From NCBI GenBank assembly GCA_039917915.1, contig JBDSIP010000131.1, positions 1 to 50,418 of the forward strand: DNA of 50,418 nucleotides, given 5' to 3'. Position 1 is the stretch's first letter. Every line of letters starts with the position of its first letter. The DNA is from Thermoflexales bacterium (GTDB taxonomy: Bacteria > Chloroflexota > Anaerolineae > J036 > Brachytrichaceae). The translations under genes were made by a program, and so were the position numbers. Positions 46,680 to 50,418 of this stretch are shown one piece after another. The notes beneath the pieces were generated by a model, which was given only the letters and a program-made list of their open reading frames with translations, was not told the origin of the DNA and searched no databases.

Positions 46680-49075
46680 GGCGCGATGACCCTCAGCGAC
46701 GCGATCGCGCCCACCTTGCCGTCAATCCTGATCTCGAGGTCGTACTCGCCCGGGGCGATCGTTTGCTGGTCGCTCAGCAGCACCCAGGTCCGGCCGGCGG
46801 CCCTGGCGCGCCAAATGCCGTCGACCCGCGAGATCGCTTCCCCATCCCTATACCAGATCACCGACCAGGGCGCGCCCGGATTGATGGCCGCGTGGTCAAA
46901 CGACGCGTAGATCTGGCGCGCGCCAACCTCGAAGACGTCCGTGGCTTCGACCGGATTTGCGTCGCCGTCGATCTCGGCGCTGAAGGACACCTTGCCTAAT
47001 TGATCGCTTATCTCAATCACTCTGAAACCGGTCTCCTGCACCAGATCGCCTTCGACCAGCAACGCCAGGGTGTATTCGCCGGGGGCGAGCGGTTTGTCGC
47101 TGGACAGCGTCACCGAGGCGACCCCGTTCACCCCCAGATTCCAGGCCGGGGCGGCGGCCGGCTTGAGCTCCTCATCGCCGCGCCACCACAGAGCCGACCA
47201 CTTCACGCCGTTGAGCATGTTTGCAAACTCGAACACACCGACGATTTGTCGGGTGCCCGCCGCAAAGAGATAGCTCGGATCCAGGGGCTTGCCGTCCAGG
47301 CCAAGCTTCTCCGCGAATTCGACCTCGCTGAAACGCAGGCCGGTGGGTCGGGCGCGGAACGTCGCGCTCCCCAGAGCCTTGCCGTCCGCGACGATCTCGA
47401 CCTTGTAACCGCCCGGCGCAAACCCGGCCTGGGCCGTCGTAATCTGGACGAAGCCGCTCCCCTCCGCGCCCTTGTCCCACCCGGCTTCCTCACGCGACAG
47501 CGCCGGCGCGGGCGCGCCGTTGTGCGACACCCGGGTGCTCACCCGCGCGCCGTCCACCATCCCGGTGAAATCAAACGCGATGAAGAGTTCCTTAGTCGCG
47601 GGCTCGACGACGGTCAGGTTGTCGGCCGGCGCCGCGCCGTTCATCCGGGTCGCAAACACGATCTCGCTGATCCGCCCGCCGATCCGGGCCAGGCGCGTGC
47701 GCAGATCCGTGAGTGCGCCGTCGGAGGCGCCCTTCACCGCGGCATCGCTGGCATTGGCGGGCGCGGCCAGCAGCGCGTTCAGATCCTCGATCGCGCCCTC
47801 GAGTTGCCAGCCGACCAACTCCACGGGCTTGTCCTCGACCAGCTTCAGGCCGGCGGCGTAGGCCGCGGCAGCGCCCGCCAGGTCCTTCTTCGCCAACAGG
47901 GCGACGCCGAGATTGAAGTGATAGACCGGAAGTTGGTCGTTGAGTTTGATCGCTTTGCGGAGGTTGACGATGGCGGCGTCGAGCTTGCCGCCCTCGTACT
48001 GGGCCCAGCCCAGGTTGCTCACATCATCGTCCGAGTCGGGCGAGGCATCGAAGGCCCGCTGGAAGTCCGCCTCAGCCTGGGCAAAGGCGCGCTTGTCGAG
48101 ATTGGCGTTGCCGCGCGCGGCATAGGCGTCCGGAGAGGGTTCAAGCGCGATGGCCGCGCTGAAATCGGCCAGGGCTTTGTCGACCTGCCTGGTCGCCCGA
48201 TATGCCTCGCCCCGCTGCAGATGGGCGCGGGCGTAACCGGTGGGATTGCCGGCCTTGGCGATGGCCTCGCTGTAGTGGGTGATGGCGGCGTCGGGCCGGT
48301 TTTGCTCAGCGGCAACCCGGCCCCTGGCGTAGGCGGCGATGGCGTCATCGGTGAGGGTCGGCTCGGGCGCCGCGCGGATCACCGCGAACCAGGCCATGCT
48401 TGCCAGGATGAACACTGTCCCGAGCGCGCCAAACGATATTCGGACCAGACGGGTTTCGAGCGTCAGTGACAGACCAAACAGAAACAGGCTGACCGCCGCG
48501 ATCGTGATCAGCAGGGTGTAGGTGTCGGTCTTGATCGCGACCGCGCTGGATTGGCGGGAGAGCACGATCTGGGTCTCCTCGCTGCGATAGGCCGGCTCGA
48601 ACAACTCGGCATGACGGCGGGCCAGATCGGGCCGCCCGTCCTTGTCAAGATAGGCGGTATCGGTGAAGACGATGCTGAAGGGCTTGAGTGTCTCGCGGGC
48701 CGCCTTCAACCGTTCCACCTCGGCTTCGGTTTGCTTGGCCCGAAACAGATCCCCAGCGGCGCGAAAGGTCTCCGCGGCCGCGGTTCTGGCCGCGGCCTGA
48801 ATCGTCAGATCGTCGTAACGCGCGAGCAGGCGCAGCTCGAACGAGCCGCGCTGGAGGGCCGTGTTGTAGTCGGCCAGGGCGTTGATCGAGGCGACCTGCG
48901 AGTCGCGGGCGGCGTCGCCGCGCCGGTCGCCATCCACCGCGCCGATCCAGGCCAGATAGGCGGTCCAGATTGTGGTCGCCAGGATGAGCAGGGTGATGAC
49001 ATTGGCGAAAGTGAGGGGTTGCCGGCGGCTCGCGACTGTTGTCGGCGGGGGGGCTTCGGGTAGTGACTGGGTCAT
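46676..49075 (-). CDS. Membrane protein (799 aa): 3 TM segments flanking a helical ectodomain, TPR repeats, then three ~110-aa beta-rich repeats
   Basis: ATG start preceded by GGGAGAA. Hydrophobic segments lie at aa ~24-45, 185-205 and 213-233. TPR-like region at aa ~243-415 (HYSEAIA...AHLQRGEAY...ALADFSAAIALEP...ARGNANL...AEADFQRAF...NLGWAQY...AIVNLRKAIKLN...FNLGVALL). Confidence 0.8.
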   Translation of the reverse strand: MTQSLPEAPPPTTVASRRQPLTFANVITLLILATTIWTAYLAWIGAVDGDRRGDAARDSQVASINALADYNTALQRGSFELRLLARYDDLTIQAAARTAAAETFRAAGDLFRAKQTEAEVERLKAARETLKPFSIVFTDTAYLDKDGRPDLARRHAELFEPAYRSEETQIVLSRQSSAVAIKTDTYTLLITIAAVSLFLFGLSLTLETRLVRISFGALGTVFILASMAWFAVIRAAPEPTLTDDAIAAYARGRVAAEQNRPDAAITHYSEAIAKAGNPTGYARAHLQRGEAYRATRQVDKALADFSAAIALEPSPDAYAARGNANLDKRAFAQAEADFQRAFDASPDSDDDVSNLGWAQYEGGKLDAAIVNLRKAIKLNDQLPVYHFNLGVALLAKKDLAGAAAAYAAGLKLVEDKPVELVGWQLEGAIEDLNALLAAPANASDAAVKGASDGALTDLRTRLARIGGRISEIVFATRMNGAAPADNLTVVEPATKELFIAFDFTGMVDGARVSTRVSHNGAPAPALSREEAGWDKGAEGSGFVQITTAQAGFAPGGYKVEIVADGKALGSATFRARPTGLRFSEVEFAEKLGLDGKPLDPSYLFAAGTRQIVGVFEFANMLNGVKWSALWWRGDEELKPAAAPAWNLGVNGVASVTLSSDKPLAPGEYTLALLVEGDLVQETGFRVIEISDQLGKVSFSAEIDGDANPVEATDVFEVGARQIYASFDHAAINPGAPWSVIWYRDGEAISRVDGIWRARAAGRTWVLLSDQQTIAPGEYDLEIRIDGKVGAIASLRVIAP
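46679..47674 (-). repeat. Three tandem ~110-aa beta-rich domains at the C-terminus of the TPR membrane protein
   Basis: The units end ...FAPGGYKVEIVADGKALGSATFR, ...LAPGEYTLALLVEGDLVQETGFRV and ...IAPGEYDLEIRIDGKVGAIASLRV. Units 2 and 3 share F..G.RQI...F.......G..WS..W.R(D/G).E; the first unit is more divergent. Confidence 0.7.
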
Positions 49076-49085
49076 GCTGTGTTGT

Positions 49086-49092
49086 TCTCCCG
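49086..49092 (-). promoter_or_regulatory. Shine-Dalgarno-like site for the TPR membrane protein gene
   Basis: The minus strand reads TAG cgcaacGGGAGAAcaacacagc ATG. The purine block lies 10 nt upstream of the ATG at 49075. Confidence 0.55.
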
Positions 49093-49097
49093 TTGCG

Positions 49098-49802
49098 CTA
49101 CTGGACGCGCGCGATCAGGTAAATGCCGATCGCGAGCACAATCACACCCAGCCCGGCATAGGCATATTTGATTCGTGACGAAGCCATATCGGCCAGGCCA
49201 AGCAGCAGCAGCGAGCCGGCGGTGACGACCAGGGCCAGCATCAGATCGATGGCAAGATTGCCGCGCGCGTCACCGCGATTGATGTAGGTCTCCGGCTGCA
49301 AGCCGCGGTATTCGCGTGCGACCAGCGACAGTTTCAGATCAGCGTTGAGCTGGCCCTCGTCATAGCCATCCTTGCCAGTCCGGTAGTCGGCATAGAAGAA
49401 ATTGCGCAGATGCCCCTGCAGGCGGGCGTTCGCATCGGCCTGAGTCTCCAGGGCCGCCGCTTCGGCCGGGCGTCCCTGCTGGCGGGCTTCGATCGCGCCT
49501 TGACGGGTGAGATCAGCCAGGCGCTCCTGCTCGATGAACTGCTGGGCATACAGCGCCTGGTCCATCGCAGTGAGCTGGTGGCTGAGGTTGACCTGGGATT
49601 GGCGGGTCTTGTTAAGGACACCGGTGCGGGTCATCTCGGCATCTTCGGTGTTGAGGAAGCCGGCCCGGCCGCCGCCGACCGCGGCGGTGACCGCGACCAC
49701 CGCGATCAGGATGGCGACCGCCAGTTTGAAGAAATCGGTTTTGGGTTCGGTGGAATCGTCTGTCATGAGCTTTCTGATCTTGTTGCGCGAACTGCGTTTC
49801 AT
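49098..49802 (-). CDS. Small membrane protein (~234 aa): TM - helical ectodomain - 2 TM
   Basis: The supplied ORF (to 49994, TTG) overlaps the divergent transposase ORF. The ATG at 49802 (MKRSSRNKIRKL...) or 49766 (MTDDSTEPK...) is more plausible. Hydrophobic segments are FFKLAVAILIAVVAVTAAVGG, LAIDLMLALVVTAGSLLLLGLA and YAGLGVIVLAIGIYLIA. Confidence 0.65.
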   Translation of the reverse strand: MKRSSRNKIRKLMTDDSTEPKTDFFKLAVAILIAVVAVTAAVGGGRAGFLNTEDAEMTRTGVLNKTRQSQVNLSHQLTAMDQALYAQQFIEQERLADLTRQGAIEARQQGRPAEAAALETQADANARLQGHLRNFFYADYRTGKDGYDEGQLNADLKLSLVAREYRGLQPETYINRGDARGNLAIDLMLALVVTAGSLLLLGLADMASSRIKYAYAGLGVIVLAIGIYLIARVQ

Positions 49803-49933
49803 AATCCCGGTTAGAAGGTGCCGATGATACGGGCATTCCGGTATCTGAGTGTGGTGGCGCCTTCCTGAAGCATGGCTTGCGCAAAGTCGCTTGACGAAAA
49901 ACGAAAATGGCCTTTGGCGGCTAAGATTTTGGT

Positions 49934-50418
49934 GTGAAACAAAAAACCGCGCCGCCCAAGACCGATTCAGAGAATAGCACAATCCGCGCGACAAATGCGA
50001 TTGCGTTTAGCGACGAGCCCTTCATATTCGATGTGGGAAGCCTGGTGGATACGCTCAGGCTGGTGCGAGATGGTCGAAAGGCACGCGGGAAGCGCTACGG
50101 GCTGGTAAAAGTGTTGGTGTTCATGCTTTTGGCGAAGCTGTGCGGGCATGACACGCCCGAAGCGATGGCGGACTGGGCCAGATTGCAGGCAGAAGACCTG
50201 GCGAAGATGCTGAACCTGAGTCGGCGAAGCATGCCGCACTCGACAACGCTGCTGCGAATCCTGCAAAATGCGATCGGTCCAGAGGAACTTGAGGAGGCGA
50301 TCCGGGTGTTCATGACAAGGCAAATAAGGAAACTGAATTCGGATCAGATTTGCATCGATGGGAAACAGATACGAGGGACGCAAGACAAAGAGGGTGAAGG
50401 GAATGTCTACCTGCTGGG
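49934..50418 (+). mobile_element. ISAs1-family transposase gene, N-terminal part (runs off the window end)
   Basis: My own plus-strand translation (not in the ORF track): ...FDVGSLVDTLRLVRDGRKARGKRYGLVKVLVFMLLAKLCGHDTPEAMADWARLQAEDLAKMLNLSRRSMPHSTTLLRILQNAIGPEELEEAIRVFM...ICIDGKQIRG. This fits the DDE_Tnp_1-associated N-terminal domain pattern (DPR..GK.Y.L..IL...L.A.L.G....I..W...PS..T..R.L....EL...I.IDGK..RG). The frame opens after TAA at 49922-49924, and GTG 49934 is a possible start. Confidence 0.7.

Noticed and set aside
49880-49933. Sigma70-like promoter (TTGACG ... TAAGAT) upstream of the transposase frame.
   Set aside because: The spacer between the hexamers is about 25 nt, which is too long for a canonical promoter. 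No better-spaced pair was found.
49803-49994. TTG-initiated N-terminal extension of the small membrane protein ORF.
   Set aside because: The extension is Arg/His/Cys-rich and overlaps the divergent ISAs1 transposase frame. Internal ATGs at 49802 and 49766 precede a sensible basic N-terminus plus TM.
49967-50383. 138-aa minus-strand ORF at the window end.
   Set aside because: It is antisense to the plus-strand frame that has clear ISAs1 transposase N-terminal domain similarity. Its own translation has no recognisable features.

Overview
Visibly GC-rich bacterial window, coded almost entirely on the minus strand. The repeat families and domain repertoire resemble Chloroflexota-type genomes, but that is a low-confidence guess.

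About 39 kb (111-39505) is a tandem ~19.8-kb duplication of a two-gene module:
- B is a ~4,090-aa secreted giant. It has a signal peptide, a parallel beta-helix head with a C(T/S)LRAAIQEAN motif, 27 tandem SdrD-B/Cna-B-like domains, a choice-of-anchor-L-like domain and a C-terminal cohesin-like domain.
- A is a ~2,290-aa secreted protein. It has BNR/Asp-box propeller repeats, NxxGxxAF repeats, an LCAT/PGAP1-like alpha/beta-hydrolase domain with Asp at the nucleophile position, a Pro/Thr linker, a dockerin-like module and a cohesin-like domain.

Both copies are intact. They share a promoter-like footprint, a leader hairpin, a long intercistronic hairpin and 3' REP-like elements.

Downstream lie a convergent GNAT-peptidase S51 fusion gene and a five-gene minus-strand operon. 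The operon encodes a small membrane protein, a TM-TPR-3x-beta-domain protein, a DmpA/S58 peptidase and two paralogous secreted beta-helix proteins. The window ends in a truncated ISAs1-family transposase gene.

The most interesting observation is that all six large secreted proteins end in the same short tail, (A/G/M)-Y-L-P-x-V-x-R-COOH. The tail follows unrelated preceding domains and has none of the TM-plus-basic architecture of known sortase or exosortase signals. Several of these proteins carry 'choice-of-anchor' domain families. I propose the tail as a candidate uncharacterised C-terminal sorting or attachment tag, possibly combined with cohesin/dockerin self-assembly. I cannot tell from the sequence alone whether it is already catalogued. 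No CRISPR arrays, tRNA or rRNA genes were found.
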